This document shows, one piece after another, positions 43,192 through 57,190 of a stretch of DNA of 64,000 nt. The position numbers were made by a program, and so were the translations under genes. The DNA comes from Eledone cirrhosa (Eukaryota), in NCBI GenBank assembly GCA_964016885.1, contig OZ024750.1:21638001-21702000 (forward strand), written 5' to 3'. Below the pieces are notes generated by a model. The model was given only the letters and a program-made list of their open reading frames with translations, was not told the DNA's origin and did no database searches. How positions within the stretch are numbered: position 1 is the first letter of the stretch; each line of letters opens with the position of its first letter.

Positions 43192-43414
43192 CAGAGTATA
43201 ACAGTTTTAATATAGATGAGGTTCTACAGGACTAGAACTGTTTCATTCATTAGAAATCATCAGGAATCTGATGAAATCATCAGATTCCTGATGATTTCTA
43301 ATGAATGAAACAGTTCTAGTCCTGTAGAATCTCATCTATATTAAAACTGTTATACTCTGCTATGTATTGAGTACCTTACTTACTGTGGTTACCTCCGATT
43401 CAACCCGGAATAAC
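43189..43414 (+). mobile_element. Hammerhead-bearing element, family 2, fold-back
   Basis: Palindrome at about 43189-43362 plus a 3' tail, within (TA)n. Homologues at 48981-49160, 53280-53415, 32640-32702 and 14325-14375. Confidence 0.7.
43282..43332 (+). ncRNA. Type I hammerhead fold, family 2
   Basis: agattc-CTGATGA-tttc-taat-gaat-GAAA-cag-ttctagtc-ctg-TA-gaatct. GUA site, predicted cut after 43326. An inverted copy lies at about 43220-43270. Confidence 0.8.
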
Positions 43415-43470
<56 letters not shown>

Positions 43471-43652
43471 GAAAATGTATGACCCCGACCGTAGAGGTCA
43501 GCCGTTTCGACGGCTATTTCAGAAATAGCCATCGAAACGGCTTGAGCTCTGCCGCCGGGGTCATACATTTTCCTATTACCCACTCTACTACCCTAAGTAT
43601 TGAGTACTCTGGTGCGTTATGGTCCATCTGGTTCCTTATCACAACTCCTTCG

Positions 43653-43700
<48 letters not shown>

Positions 43701-43741
43701 ATATGCAGAGAGAGGGGGGGGTTATGTGTATGTATCCTAGA

Positions 43742-43813
<72 letters not shown>

Positions 43814-44867
43814 CATAATTTACAACTGTTCAAGTGCTTCAATACAATTTTGGAGAAGCAATATTAAAAAATATTTAATATCAAAGAAATAAAACACTAT
43901 TTTATGAATATCGAAAAAAAAAAATTGGGAAAATAAAACAAAAATAAATTTGCTGTCTAAATCAGTTTAGTTGAATATTTAATATTTAATTTTCTAAATA
44001 CTTCTTGAATATATACATACTATCAATCATTGGATTCATAACGTTTATTATAAAAACCTATCTTTATTCGTTGTTCACTTTTCACAACCTCCCTCTCCAC
44101 TCCAGATGACATAACTGTATTCATATTAATGGGTTTTTTTTATTAGCGACATTGGGCTGACATTAAGAAAACATTAAGGACTCAACAGGACGGACCAGTG
44201 TGTATTTTTTACCGTGCAAAAAAGTTTTAACAAAAACAATGAAACAAAGAAAAGCATGTAAAAACAATTCAAAGATAAATTCCCCAGTGTCGGCGCGAGT
44301 AACTCCACGAGTCATTCGCGTAGAAAGCTCACAAAAAAACCACCACGATCAACCTGACCGCCAGGGTACGTGCCTTCTGTTAGTTGTCCTACTCCTGACT
44401 ACAGGCGCATACTTAGAGCAAACCCATTCCCTCAGTCATGCTCGCTACTCTCGCCAACCTTTCAACAAACTGGCTGAAAGGAAGGTGCTTGTCTCCAACC
44501 CTTTCAAGAATTTCAACTACCACCACCTCTTTCACCATGACCATTTTCACAAGGTAGATAAAAACTGCTTGTCCTTTCCAGTTAAAGGAAGGCGGCGGGA
44601 TAGTCTTCACGATGGACTCAGCTGATAGCCGGCTCCGTTCTACACATGATAACAGGTGTTCGACATCAACCCGTACTCAGACACTGGATGGGTGCATGTG
44701 GGACGGTTTCGTCGCCCTGCTTACATCTTGGACAGCCTGGGTGATGGCATCCATTGATAGTAATGATAGTCATAAAGAAAATGTTGGTGGTTTCTTATAT
44801 AGGCACAAGGCCATCAATTTGGAAGAATTGGAAAAATCGACTAAATCGACCCCAATCTTGTTGCGAC

Positions 44868-45365
44868 GCTAAACTCCGACAGTTGCAGACTGTGCATCAA
44901 CATGTGATATCTCTCTCCACAAAGTTCGATCACCAGCAGGAGAGTTCAAAGAGCAAAGATCAAGTCCAGTCCATAGGTTGACATTTTCAAGCGATCGTTT
45001 TGGCTGCCGGCCTCTGCTTCTCTTACCAGTCAACCTTCCTTCCAGGCATAACCTACTCACACCACGAGTTGATCTTTTTATATGACCGTATAGTTTGAGT
45101 ACTCTTGACTTGACAATTGATGTAATTGGTCTAAATTTGGTAATGTTGAGCTGTCACTGATACAGATACGGTCGCTGAGCTGCTTGTCAGTCATAAGTCT
45201 CATGATGTGGTTCTGGAATATATAGAGCTCCTGAAGTGACCTTGTCATCTAATTAACACAGTCAAGACCATATAACACAACTGGTAGGATGTAAGTATCA
45301 AAGATCTTCGTCTTCAAATGATAGGAAACTCGTTTTGATGTTAGTACTTCCTTGTTCTTGATTGA
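44868..45365 (-). mobile_element. RTE-like LINE remnant, second family
   Basis: KTKIFDTYILPVVLYGLDC...LEGRLTGKRSRGRQPKR...DRTLWREI. The 3' part is also present on the plus strand at 19865-20072. Confidence 0.8.
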
Positions 45366-45654
45366 TATTTCTACCCTAAAGGTGAAAGGCAAATTTGACA
45401 GTAGTGAGATATGAACCAATTATAATGAGGCTGATGATATTTAGGTTTATATTGATGATAAAGTAGTGGATTGGTTGATTCATTAGAATTTTGGAGAGAA
45501 TATTTTGCGGTATTCATTCCGGCTGCCTGTGCTCCGAGTTCCTATTTGCCGTGGTCCAATTCTCTTTTACTCCTTTCGTGTCTCAATATAGTATTAATGA
45601 CAACTCCCTGTTCTCGTTCTATCTCTCTCTCTCTCTCTCTATCTATTTATCTAT

Positions 45655-46082
45655 AAAAACGAGAGAGAGGCGGTTTTCCTATGTGTTATGGCTATGGTGA
45701 AAGAGGTTATATGGTGGACGAGGTTAAAAGGGCTGAGGTCAGACACCTTTCTCTCCGGCGAGCTGTACCCCAGCAAATTTTATAAAAGGTGGGTGAATGT
45801 GGCAAAGATGGGCCGAATGGTTGGGCCTTCTCTCTATATAAGCCTGTAGGTTGAGGAAAAAGAGGAAGAGAGGAAGGGAGTACTCACTCTTGGTGCTCCT
45901 GGAGATGAGGGTTGTACATTTTTTAGGGGTGTGTACAACCCCTGTGTAACGCCTCCCCTCTATTGGGGATATCAATTGTTATTTGTTATTCTATTAATAG
46001 TTTTATTTTCATATACCTGTGTGTAAACTCCCCATTTGTATTTGTCCCCTTCTTTTGTGCCCTTGTGGTTAATAAAGAAATT
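45655..46082 (+). mobile_element. Tx1/L1-like LINE 3' end inserted in (TC)n
   Basis: AVFLCVMAMVKEVIWWTRLKG...KRWVNVAKMGRMVG, then 3' UTR and AATAAA into a (TC)n/(TCTA)n tract. Homologue on the minus strand at about 34340-34760. Clade call is from motif recall. Confidence 0.6.
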
Positions 46083-46374
46083 TATCTATCTCTCACTCAC
46101 TCTTTCTCTCACTCACTCACTCCCTCACTCTCTGTTTCTTTCACTCTCTCATTTCTCTCTCTCTCACTCTCTCTCTCTCTCTCACTCACTCACTCATTCA
46201 CGCTCTCTCTTTCTCAGTTTTCCTCACTTTTCTCAAACACTCTCTTTTTCTCTCTTTCTTTCACTCTCTCTCTCTCTCCCTATCTCTCTATCTCTCTCTA
46301 TCTCTCTCTCTATCTCTATCGGTCCCAGGAGAGTGACGGGTACTGGTATGTTTCAATACCCAAAACATGCCACA

Positions 46375-46560
46375 TAATTGTTTCTACTTTAGGCACAAGG
46401 CCAGCAAATTACCCAGTGCATTACTGGTACTTTATTTTATCGACCCCGTAAGGATGAAAGGCAAAGTCAACCTCGGCGGGATTTGAACTCAGATCGTAAA
46501 GGGACGTAACTATGCTGGAAAGCATGGCGTCCGACCCTCTACCGATACTGCCAATCCACC
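46375..46560 (-). mobile_element. SINE family A, about 140 bp upstream of exon C
   Basis: Head, core and tail intact. Confidence 0.9.
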
Positions 46561-46701
46561 AGTAATACGACATAACCAGCACGACTCCATCAGACATTCA
46601 GGATCTACGGAAGAATGAACAATAATAAATGATGATGCTGAAATTTGCTTGGAATTTTATCCACCTAAATGTTTTCCAATTTTTCTATCTCTATTTTGTA
46701 G

Positions 46702-46913
46702 GTAGGTAAATGGGACAATAATGGGTTGATAATGCATGATATCACCTGGCCAGGAAATTCCACCGTTCCACCAATTGGTAAACCCGACAAATTTTTCATG
46801 CGAGTTGTTACACTTGAGGAAATACCATATGTGCGCTACCAGGACATGGAGTCGGATAAATGTTCGAGCAACGCTGTTCCTTGTAAAGTTCGAAAAGAAA
46901 TTAAACTGCAAAA
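46702..46913 (+). CDS. NMDA-type glutamate receptor subunit, internal exon C (ATD-LBD linker and start of S1)
   Basis: Acceptor ctattttgtag|, donor AA|gtaagt. Encodes VGKWDNNGLIMHDITWPGNSTVPPIGKPDKFFMRVVTLEEIPYVRYQDMESDKCSSNAVPCKVRKEIKLQ. The DI.WPGNS..PP.G.P.KF...LEE.PY motif is as recalled for invertebrate Nmdar2. Confidence 0.92.
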
Positions 46914-47237
46914 GTAAGTACATAGACGCCATATGTATGTGTATGTATGTATGTATGTATGTATGTATGTATGTATGTATGTATGTATGTATGTATGTTC
47001 TTCTGGTGTTATAATTTCACAAATGTTGCCAAAAGAGAGAGAGAGAGTCGGTTTCTAACATAGATACAAGAATCTCTCATTGGAATTTACACAACATCAA
47101 CTAGGTAGATATGTATGCATGTCTGTATGCATGCATGTGTAGGTATGGATATTATTGTATGTGTGGATGTGTATATTTTGAGTTGTATGCGTGCATGTGC
47201 ATACGCTTTGTTTCTGTACATGTGTATATGCAGTTAT

Positions 47238-47850
47238 TAGATGCAAAATTTTTGGAATGTTTTACATATTTTTACTGTTCTATTAATCGATTGTACTTGT
47301 AATTTCCTAACTAGCTGTTTCTTTCTCTTCCTGTGAAGCCCAGCTTCTCAAGATTTGTATTGAGACAGTTACTAATATATCCCAGTGCCCCAATAACCAC
47401 AAGTATAAATCTGAAGGTATAATCAGGATGGAGTATCTGCAGATTTCTCATTAGTTCTGCGTAAATATTCTCCTTTTCGCTAATCTTTGATATCATATTG
47501 GCATCTGCTGGACTGTTAACTTCCACTACTGTGCATGCCTTCTTTTCCCTGTCCCATATCATTATATCTTGTCTGTTATGCCTGCATTTTATTTGGGTTT
47601 TTACTGGAACATTCTAACAGTACTCTTTCATATTATGTGTATGTATGTCTTCCACGTTGATGTAGCTTTTAATGTGTTTATTATCGGGGCTACCTTTTCT
47701 ACGGATTGCATTGTACAGTGTTTTGGCCACTACATCATGCCTCATAGGTAGATAGTATCGCGATGACATCTTTGGACAGCTGCTTATGATATGTGTGACA
47801 TCTTCGATGTTAATTCTACAGTCTGCACTTGTTATCACATCTAGGTGTTT
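47238..47850 (-). mobile_element. R4/Dong-like non-LTR retrotransposon C-terminus (CCHC knuckle plus restriction-like endonuclease)
   Basis: CR...EDVTHIISSCPKM...YLPMRHDVVA...HNRQDIMIWD...VVEV...KENIYAEL...VVIGALG; contains stops; flanked by (TATG)n-type repeats. Confidence 0.85.
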
Positions 47851-48620
47851 TGTTTGTATGTATGTATGTATGTATGTATGTATGTATGTATGTATATACA
47901 ACATGGTCGGGTCGTCGGCGACTAAACCAGCAGCCCCACCAAGCTAGCTTGGTGATATTTGGACACCCTGCGGGATGAAATACAAGACCTGGTAAAGGGC
48001 AGAGGAACTCAACAGACTCAACGGCCATCCAAATAGTACTTGTTTTTTCCACCTGGGAGTGAAATGACCCCAGTTGTTGTCACAACACCTTTCTAGGAGA
48101 GGAAAACTCTGGAAAAAAAACCTGCGGCTTAGGAATCATCCAAAGATGTTGACCAGTTCTCCTTTTCGGGTAGTGTTTTCGATGCTCAGAGAGTGGGATT
48201 GGTCCTGTACAAGGCCTTTACCCACTTAAAAATCATTCAAAGCACAGGTATTGCTTGTTCAGGATCTGTTACAGGTTTGTGTGACTGGCCGTAGCCTAAA
48301 AGTGCACCGAACTCTATAACCTGACAAGCGATTGCAGTACTCTTAGCAGAGTATGCAGCCATCGTGTATGTATGCATGCATGTATGTATGTTACGCAAAC
48401 TACTTTAAATAGTGAATACTTTATCCTTCATTTGTAGACACAAACCTGAACCAATTCAAACCTACATGTATGTATCGCTACATATACTACATATACATAT
48501 ATGCATATGTGTATGTATATATATATATTTATATATGTGTCTGCGTGTGTGTGTGCCTGTGTGTGCATATATATATATGTGTGTATGTGTGTGTGTGTGT
48601 GTGTGTGTGCCTGTGTGTGC

Positions 48621-48743
<123 letters not shown>

Positions 48744-48940
48744 GGTGTGTGTGTGTACCTATGTATCTATGTATGCATACATAATTTTTTTCACTCAACA
48801 AAGTGTTGTAAATGTTTTAAACCGAATCTGTCCGCTATGACATTTTTCGTTAAATTTTTTTTTACTTATTGTCAGCTGAAAAGCAGTTAGTTTAGTTTTC
48901 TATTTGATATTTTCTCTTCGTTCGTCGTCCATACTTTCTT

Positions 48941-48980
<40 letters not shown>

Positions 48981-48982
<2 letters not shown>

Positions 48983-49154
48983 TAGGTTATTCCGGGTTGA
49001 ATCGGAGGTAACCACTGTAAGTAAGGTAGTCAATACATAGCACAGTATAAAAGTTTTAATATAGATGAGATTCTACACGACTAGAACTGTTTCATTCTTT
49101 AGAAATCATCATGATTTCTAAAGAATGAAACAGTTCTAGTCCTGTAGAATCTCA

Positions 49155-49160
<6 letters not shown>
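48981..49160 (-). mobile_element. Hammerhead-bearing element, family 2, fold-back centred in the CUGAUGA core
   Basis: Tail at 48981-49057; palindrome 49058-49160 centred at about 49110; (TA)n on both sides. Confidence 0.7.
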
Positions 49161-49185
<25 letters not shown>

Positions 49186-49356
49186 TTTTGAAAAGCAGAA
49201 GAACTTCGAAACCGGTAAAGGAACCAAATAAATATATATATTTTTTTTTAAATAAGACTCCAGTTGCATTATCGATTTCATCTTTTTTTCTTTATACTTT
49301 CACTCGTGTAGGACACCTCGGTTATTTTTCATTTTGTAAAAAAAAGGTCACTTTCT

Positions 49357-49387
<31 letters not shown>

Positions 49388-49428
49388 GTGTGTGTGTATG
49401 TACATATATATATATATATATACACACG

Positions 49429-49506
<78 letters not shown>

Positions 49507-49774
49507 GATATATATATAGATATATAGATATATATATGTATATACATATATATATATTCATATATATATATATATATATACATAGATATATATATAGATA
49601 TATATATATATATATATGTATATACATATATATATATTCATATATATATATACATATATATATATATATGTATATACATATATATATATTCATATATATA
49701 TATACATATATATATGTATATACATATATATATATTCATATACATATATATATATGTATATACATATATATATA

Positions 49775-49862
<88 letters not shown>

Positions 49863-51768
49863 TACATATGTATATATATATATTTGTGTGTGTGTCTGTG
49901 TCTGTGTAAATGAAGCAAATGAGGTTGGGGTCAGATCATCTAGGCCATTGTTCAAGAATGTCGAAGAAAGACATCTTTTATAAAGCTCAACCAAGCCAAA
50001 TATAATGTGACAGTCTTATCAATATACAGTGAAATATCGATAGTGTCTGACCCGTGTTTGTTCGCTCATTACAAATAACAAAACTTGTGTGAAAAAAAAA
50101 CAACAACAATAAACCAAAAACAGACCAATATAATTTAGTTATTTCTTTCCGCTTTTAAAATCTTCGATTTTTCTTCCGTTTTTCTGTCCCGATATTGTAT
50201 TCCTACTTATAGTTCTGTTAGAGATGTCACTTAGAGTGGCATATTGTGTATTTTGAGTTTTTTCATTCTTTCTTTTCAGCTGAAATGCTTCCATCAAATG
50301 GTCAGTACCTATACCATTTCCAGTTGATGGCAGTTATAATCTTAGACCAATTCCGTTAAAGTGGTTTTCCTTTGTATTTGCAGACATTGTTATTAGTTCT
50401 GTAATAGTTTTGTCGCTTTTACTTTAGCAACACACCTAATGCACAAAACTAATGTTTATATACATTTCTAGTTTATATATATCTCTAGAACAAGGTTAGA
50501 CATGTCCAATAGACAGGGTGTGAATAAGGTCAGTTCTCGACCCATCAACTAAATTTCTTTCATTCTTCTGTTAGTGAGTTTCAGACGGCGAATTGACGGG
50601 GTCATTTGGGCGTCGGCTTAAATGGCTCGGTATTTGCTTTGGCTCAGTCTGATCTCAGTTCAAATCCCACCGTGATCAACTTAGCCTAACATCTTTTCAC
50701 GGTCTATAAATAAAATACCAGTCAAGTAATGGAGTCGCTTGTTCTCCTATCTATCTTTATTATTTTCCTTCACCTAAATAGAGAAAGATAGATTCCTCCA
50801 GGGTTAAAATGCCCAATACATACCGTGTGTCAAGAAAGCACCGCTACAACTTTCTTTTCTAAAGAATTTCCCCGTGGACATACTAGACACGTAAGGATGA
50901 AAGGCAAAGCTACCCTTGGTGGGATTTGAGCTCAGAACATAAAGGGACGTAACTCTAGGCCGCAAAGCTTGTTATCCGGCGCTTTTCCAATACTGCCAAT
51001 CCAATAATAATAATTGTTTCTACTTTTGGCACAAGGCCAGCAATTATCCCAGTGTATTACTGGTACTTTATTTTATCGACCCCGTAAAGATGAAAGGCAA
51101 ATTGGCTATTACCAGGAAAAGCTTACACGTGTTAAGATCTACGTTCTTTCTTATTCGTTCGAATATTATAGCTGTGTGCCTAACTGCAGAGCCAGGCATA
51201 CAATGTAAGTCTACGTGTCCCTTTCAGTAGAAACTCACTTGGTAATATTTTGAGACTGATGGATTGGTTTATGTATAGTCTATACGTTATCAAAAATACA
51301 ACACAAAATTGAAGCCTATTATTTAAACAATATGGCGACTCACGGTACTGGCGATTCTAACAGCGTAAAAGTTAGTAATATAAGATATTGACATAACATA
51401 ATTGAATTTTCATGGCATAATTATGTTGATAAAAGAGTATATAGCTTAACTGAGAAACCAATTTTGGCATCACACTTTAAATACCCTTGTCTTGGACGTT
51501 TCTATTTATCAGAATATAGCTATATAATGAAATAACTCCTTAGAACTTCAGTTTGCAGCCGACGTTGAACATAACAGGAAGTACATGCAAAAGATAGGAA
51601 GTGTAAACCTTATCTGAGAAGAGCGAAAATGTTTGTTTGTAAAAGATTAATGAGTTATGCACAGCTATAATACATTTAGCACACATTGGTAGATAATTTA
51701 AAGCCCTGGCTATGAGAATGCAAGGATGGAAATCACAAATCATTACCATTGGAAGGCCGATAGTACAT

Positions 51769-51800
<32 letters not shown>

Positions 51801-52319
51801 CATATATATGTATATGTGTGTGTGGGGGGGTGTATGTGTGCGTGTGCATGTTTTCGTGTGTGTCTGTGAGTGTAATATACACACATATAATATATATATA
51901 TACACACATTTACACACCTATATGAGTATATATAATTGAATTCCCATATTACAAATATTTATATAGCATGTATATATAACGGGAGATAGAGAGAAAGAAA
52001 GAAGAAAAGATAGCGAGTGAAATATTGTGCACAGAAACATTCGTGTATACATACATACGTACATACATACATGCATACATACATACATACATACATACAT
52101 ACATACATACATACATACATACATACATACATACATACATACATACATACATACATACATGATGGCTGTCCCCTTCTTATCGAGTATGGCCATTGCACAA
52201 TGTAACATAATTAATAATTATCTATCGTGCAATGTCTGTGAAGATTTTTTTAAAGTGAGGAAAGACTGTACACTGAGCCAATCCCACTTTCTGAGCGCCA
52301 TACATACATACATACATAC

Positions 52320-52929
52320 ATGGTGGCTGCCAACTTGTTTTCGAGTACGGCCACTACTTTATATCCATGTAGGAGAACCCCTACCGATGCGCTGAACGAG
52401 TGTGACTTTTTAGTCCAGCCAGCGACTTGAAAACTCTGGTACAAATACTACACTTGTGACAATTATTGACACACAGTGCTGGGCCCATGGTACCATGTGA
52501 TGACAAGTGCAGAGAGATCTCCAGATATAAAGCAATGCCTGTGCCGTGAAGCTTTTATAGTGAGCAAAGGTATTGCACAAAGCCAGTCCCACTCTCTTAA
52601 CCAAGATGATATTTACCAAAAAGAAGAACAAGTCAACATCATTGGATACCATCAGGGTTGCAGGTGTTATATCAGAGTTTTCCTTCTCCTAGAATTCTGC
52701 CTTGACAAAGGCTAAGGGGTCATCTCTCCCGGTGATTTTGGATGGCCATTGACTCTTAAGAGCTCCTTTGCCCTTTGACAGGTTTTGTTTTTAGTCCTGC
52801 AGGATGTCCAAAGTCACCCTCCTCACCAAGAAACCTTGGTGGGGTTGCCAGTTTAGTCGCCAACGACCCGACCATGAGACAGGTTGTACTGGGATACATG
52901 TTACCAGTAGCACCAACTGGTGACCTGAC
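52320..52929 (-). mobile_element. Bipartite RTE-derived element, full-length copy
   Basis: Highly similar reverse complement of 29609-30216, within (ATAC)n. 5'-truncated copy at 38463-38873; diverged relatives at 47901-48363, 22927-23290 and 52160-52297. Confidence 0.8.
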
Positions 52930-53239
52930 ATACATACATACATACATACATACATACATACATACATACATACATACATACATACATACATACATACAAG
53001 AATTGATGTAATTGTCTGTTTACAAAAGAAGGAAAAAGTACTCAATATACAAATTAGAGGTTGTTTATTTTATTATCAGTCGAAGGTTCCTGAATAATTA
53101 CTGTGAGTCAATTACGCCGTCAATTATTCAAACGTTTAAAGAAGTAAACTAAAGTTTTACACTTTTTTTTTTTTTTTGCAATCTCGATGATTAATTAAAC
53201 TTCGCTGTATTTAAGGTTGTTTTAGTTTATAAATAAATT

Positions 53240-53271
<32 letters not shown>

Positions 53272-54458
53272 AGTGTGTGTATCCAGGGTTTAATCGGGGG
53301 TAATCACAGTAAATAAGGTAGTCAATACATAGCAGAGTATAAATATTTAATATAGAAATGGCTTCTACAGGACTAGAACTGTTTCATTCGAAGGAAATCA
53401 TCATGAAAGCCGACTTTCCTGATGCCGATGTAATATGGTGGTATTTATACATTTACTGGTGGTAGGGGAGGGTGGCGATAGGGATGGCTGGAGGTCATTG
53501 ACTGATGGATTTAAAGAAAGGGGATTCTTTGAAGAAACTATATTTAGAGGAAAATATATAGTGATACAAAGTGATATATAGTGGGAGAGAGAGAGAGCTG
53601 GCATGGCATGACAAGATGGATAAGTTATAGTTTAATGGCTTCTATTTTTGTCACGAGACTAGCAACTTTCAGAGGGGGGGGGATAAGCCAAGTATCAACG
53701 CCAATACTTGAATGTTACTGTATTCTATCGACCTCAGAAGGGTGAAAGGCATTTGTTTGATACTCTAATGTTTCTGCCAATCCACCACACTAAGAAAGTA
53801 TATAATACCTATAATAACTACAAAAAAAAAACAAGAGAGTGGGAAAAATTATAAAGGGAGCAACAATAAGAATATATGAAGCAGTCTAATTTTTGTGATG
53901 TGAATCTTTTCACAGCCTTCATATATTGGAAAGACCTTTGTAGTTTTTTAAAGACCAGATTTAAAATATCCTCTCCCTCTCTCAGATTCTTGTGCCCATG
54001 GCACTTTTCAAAGCCTCCGAGATTGGTAATAGTGAAAGAAGAAGGTATCTCTAGACTGTAGACCTGGCCTACTAACCCCAATGGTGATGGATTAAGTTTC
54101 TGACTCAAGTTGGCCACAGCGGTATTTGAACTCAGAACAGACAGAGCCGGAACAAATACCACAAGATATGACGTTTTCAACTAATTTGCAAATCTCCAGC
54201 CTTAGACAGGTATTTTATTTATCGATACCAAAAGGGGGAAAGACAGATTTGAATTCGGTAGTATTTGAAATCAGATCGAAAGAATCGGAAAGCTTACTGC
54301 AAGACGTTTTGTCCTATGCTCTGACAACTCTGAAAATTCATCATCTTTTACAACAGATATTACATTATTATCTAATACTAATCTCGCTTCGTCTACATTT
54401 AAAAGCTCCAAATAAGTTTATACTACACACTAAATAAAAAACAAAATACAGGAACAGA

Positions 54459-54503
<45 letters not shown>

Positions 54504-55371
54504 ATGTTGTCAAGGGAACAAACATAAAATTGTTTAGAATTAAAAAATAAATAAATATATGAAACAAAAACAAAGATAAATAGTAGATACAATGTGTCAC
54601 AAATTGAAATCAAACCACTACATGTCGGTTGTTATAAAAACCAGACTGTGATGTGGTAGCTGAAAAGATCAAAGAAGCCAGGATAAGCGAAATGCATTAT
54701 AACTGCAGTGTAGCATCAAAGTCATCAAACCATACAACGCTAAAAGCATTTTTTTGTTTTTTTATTTTGAAATGGAAAATAGATACTAAGTGTCCTAAAT
54801 GTGTGACCAATATGATTAAACTAGTCACTATAATTTAGCGAGTTGTAAAATTCTAGACAATGTGTCTAAATAGAAAATCTGCAGACATATGAATATTCCA
54901 AGGTGTGTCACCTATATGACTGAAAATAATGGTGTAAATCAGACAAGGTTCATTAAAGTAGATTCCTATTGGTCAGTTTAAAATTACGTTCTCTTCATAT
55001 TCACTGTATTTTTTATTTTAACAAATTATTAAAAGGATTTATAATCAATATAGTGTCGGACAAAATGTTATTCTACGAGGTCAACTTTGATTTCCATCCT
55101 TCCGGGGTTGGGTAAATAAAGAACAAATCAAGTACTGGGTTCGATTTACACGACGCCCAACCCACGAATTATTCGCCTTTTGTCTATATTAGAAACAAAT
55201 ATGTTTAAAATATTAAGGCTATACATTGACAAGACTTGATACATTAACCAATAAAAAGCTTCGCAATATATATTTAGAGCCTTGGATAATCTGAGTTCAA
55301 ATACCTCTCTACTCTAGACGACTTTACCTTTTATTCTTTAAAACTTGATTAAATATGTATTCGTCAAGTAA

Positions 55372-55559
55372 TTAATTCTACTTTTGGCACAAGGCCAGCA
55401 ATTATCCCAGTGTATTACTGGTACATTATTTTATAGACCCCGTAAGTATGAAAGGCAAAGTTAACCTGGGTGGGATTTGAACTCAGACCATAAAGGGCCG
55501 TAACTCTTTGCTGCAAAGCATGGCATCCGACCCTCTACCGATACTGCCAATCCACCGCC
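55372..55559 (-). mobile_element. SINE family A
   Basis: Intact copy with flanking repeat atgtattcgtcaa. Split pieces of another copy lie at 50890-51100. Confidence 0.85.
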
Positions 55560-56030
55560 AAATAATGTATTCGTCAAATTATGGAGTGAACTTTGTCTTT
55601 CATCCTTACTTTCGAGGTCGATAAAATAAAGTACCCGTTAAATAAAACGTTAAACGTCCTTAATTCTTACCGGAGTCGGAGATGTGCCGTTCTGAAACAG
55701 GGTGTGACTTTGGCATCTTAAACGTCGTGTAGCTTATCCCATTCCAAACTAAAATGTGGCCGGGTTCTTCAAGAGGAAGAGAGAGGGGGAGATTGATAAA
55801 GGAAGATATAAGAAGAATAAACTCAAGTGGTGAGCTGCTGCTTCATTTATCGTCCACGAAAGGCGAAGTTCCCCTCGGCGGGCTTTGAACCCACAGTACA
55901 GGGAGTCCTATGAAAGACCGAGGTATTTTTAATCTGATGCTCTAGCAATCATGCCACTATACCATGTTTACTGTAGGTATAAAATTATATTTAAAATACT
56001 AATTATAACGATGTTCTTTTATAATTGCAG

Positions 56031-56169
56031 TGGAAAACGAGTATTCACAAATGAGACAATTCCTCGTTGCTGTGTTGGTCTTAGCATCGATCTTCTTAGA
56101 ATCCTCAGTGAACGCATTGGATTTGATTTTGAGCTCTTCGAAGTAGAAGACCACATATGGGGATCAAGG
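56031..56169 (+). CDS. NMDA-type glutamate receptor subunit, internal exon D (S1 ligand-binding domain)
   Basis: Acceptor ataattgcag|, donor AGG|gtaaga. AA|T gives Asn, then GKRVFTNETIPRCCVGLSIDLLRILSERIGFDFELFEVEDHIWGSR, with the NMDA-specific CC.G..IDLL.......F.F.L..V.D..WG motif. Confidence 0.92.
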
Positions 56170-56191
56170 GTAAGATTATATATTAACATCA

Positions 56192-56259
<68 letters not shown>

Positions 56260-57190
56260 ATGTGTGTCTGTCTGCCTGTCTGTCTCTCTATCTGTCTCTG
56301 TGTGTTTATGTGCGTTTGTAACCGCTCTAGAAATGATTGTGATTGTATTTCTAATGTGACCTTGTAATACGTTTCCTTGAACTCATCGCTGCATAACCAA
56401 AACCTTATAGTATGGATCAATGAGTTATTGAATCACGCTTGCCATATTATGATATACGTGTGTATGTGGGAATGTATGTGTGTGCGTAGATAAATGTTTC
56501 GATATATAAATTTATGGGATATATGTGATATCGTATATATTTTTTTACATTTGTGATGTGCATATACATTTCTCAAATCCTTTCATGTTTATTTTTATCA
56601 CGAGGTTTTATAGACCTATATAGCGTAGATATACCTTCAGTTCCTTCTAGATCAAAGCCCTCATTCACTCATACACAAATACAAACACACGCACATGTGT
56701 GTGTGTTATTTTCATATTCATTTGGAGAATGATATTTTCCCCCGTCGTAAGAACAATCAGACTCCTATATTTATATATATTGACACATGCACAAACATAT
56801 ATATGAAATAGGCTTCTATGCAGTTTCCGTCTGCCAAGATTCTTTTACAATATATTACGCAGTGGATTTGACCGGTTCAGATTAATCATAACACGCAAGG
56901 ATTATAAACATTTTTCAGCGTAACTTGATCCTTACCTCTTCTAAATTTCCTTTACTCGTTATTTTTCAACTACATAAACAATCTGATACCTGTTACTCAT
57001 AGCCACTCTAAATGCCATACAGATGATACCATTCTTCAGTATTCAATAAACTTTCGCACCACACTTAAACATCACTCCGGGTAACTTTGATACCATCTTT
57101 AATAAAAGTTATTGCCTATAATTATCACATAATTTTGAAAATAATAAAGCATTTAGATTCTCATTATTAAGCTGTTGTTTCGAACATAAA

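Noticed and set aside
46699-46705. Tandem acceptor TAG|GTAG| at exon C
   Set aside because: The downstream AG shifts the frame by 4 nt; no evidence of use.
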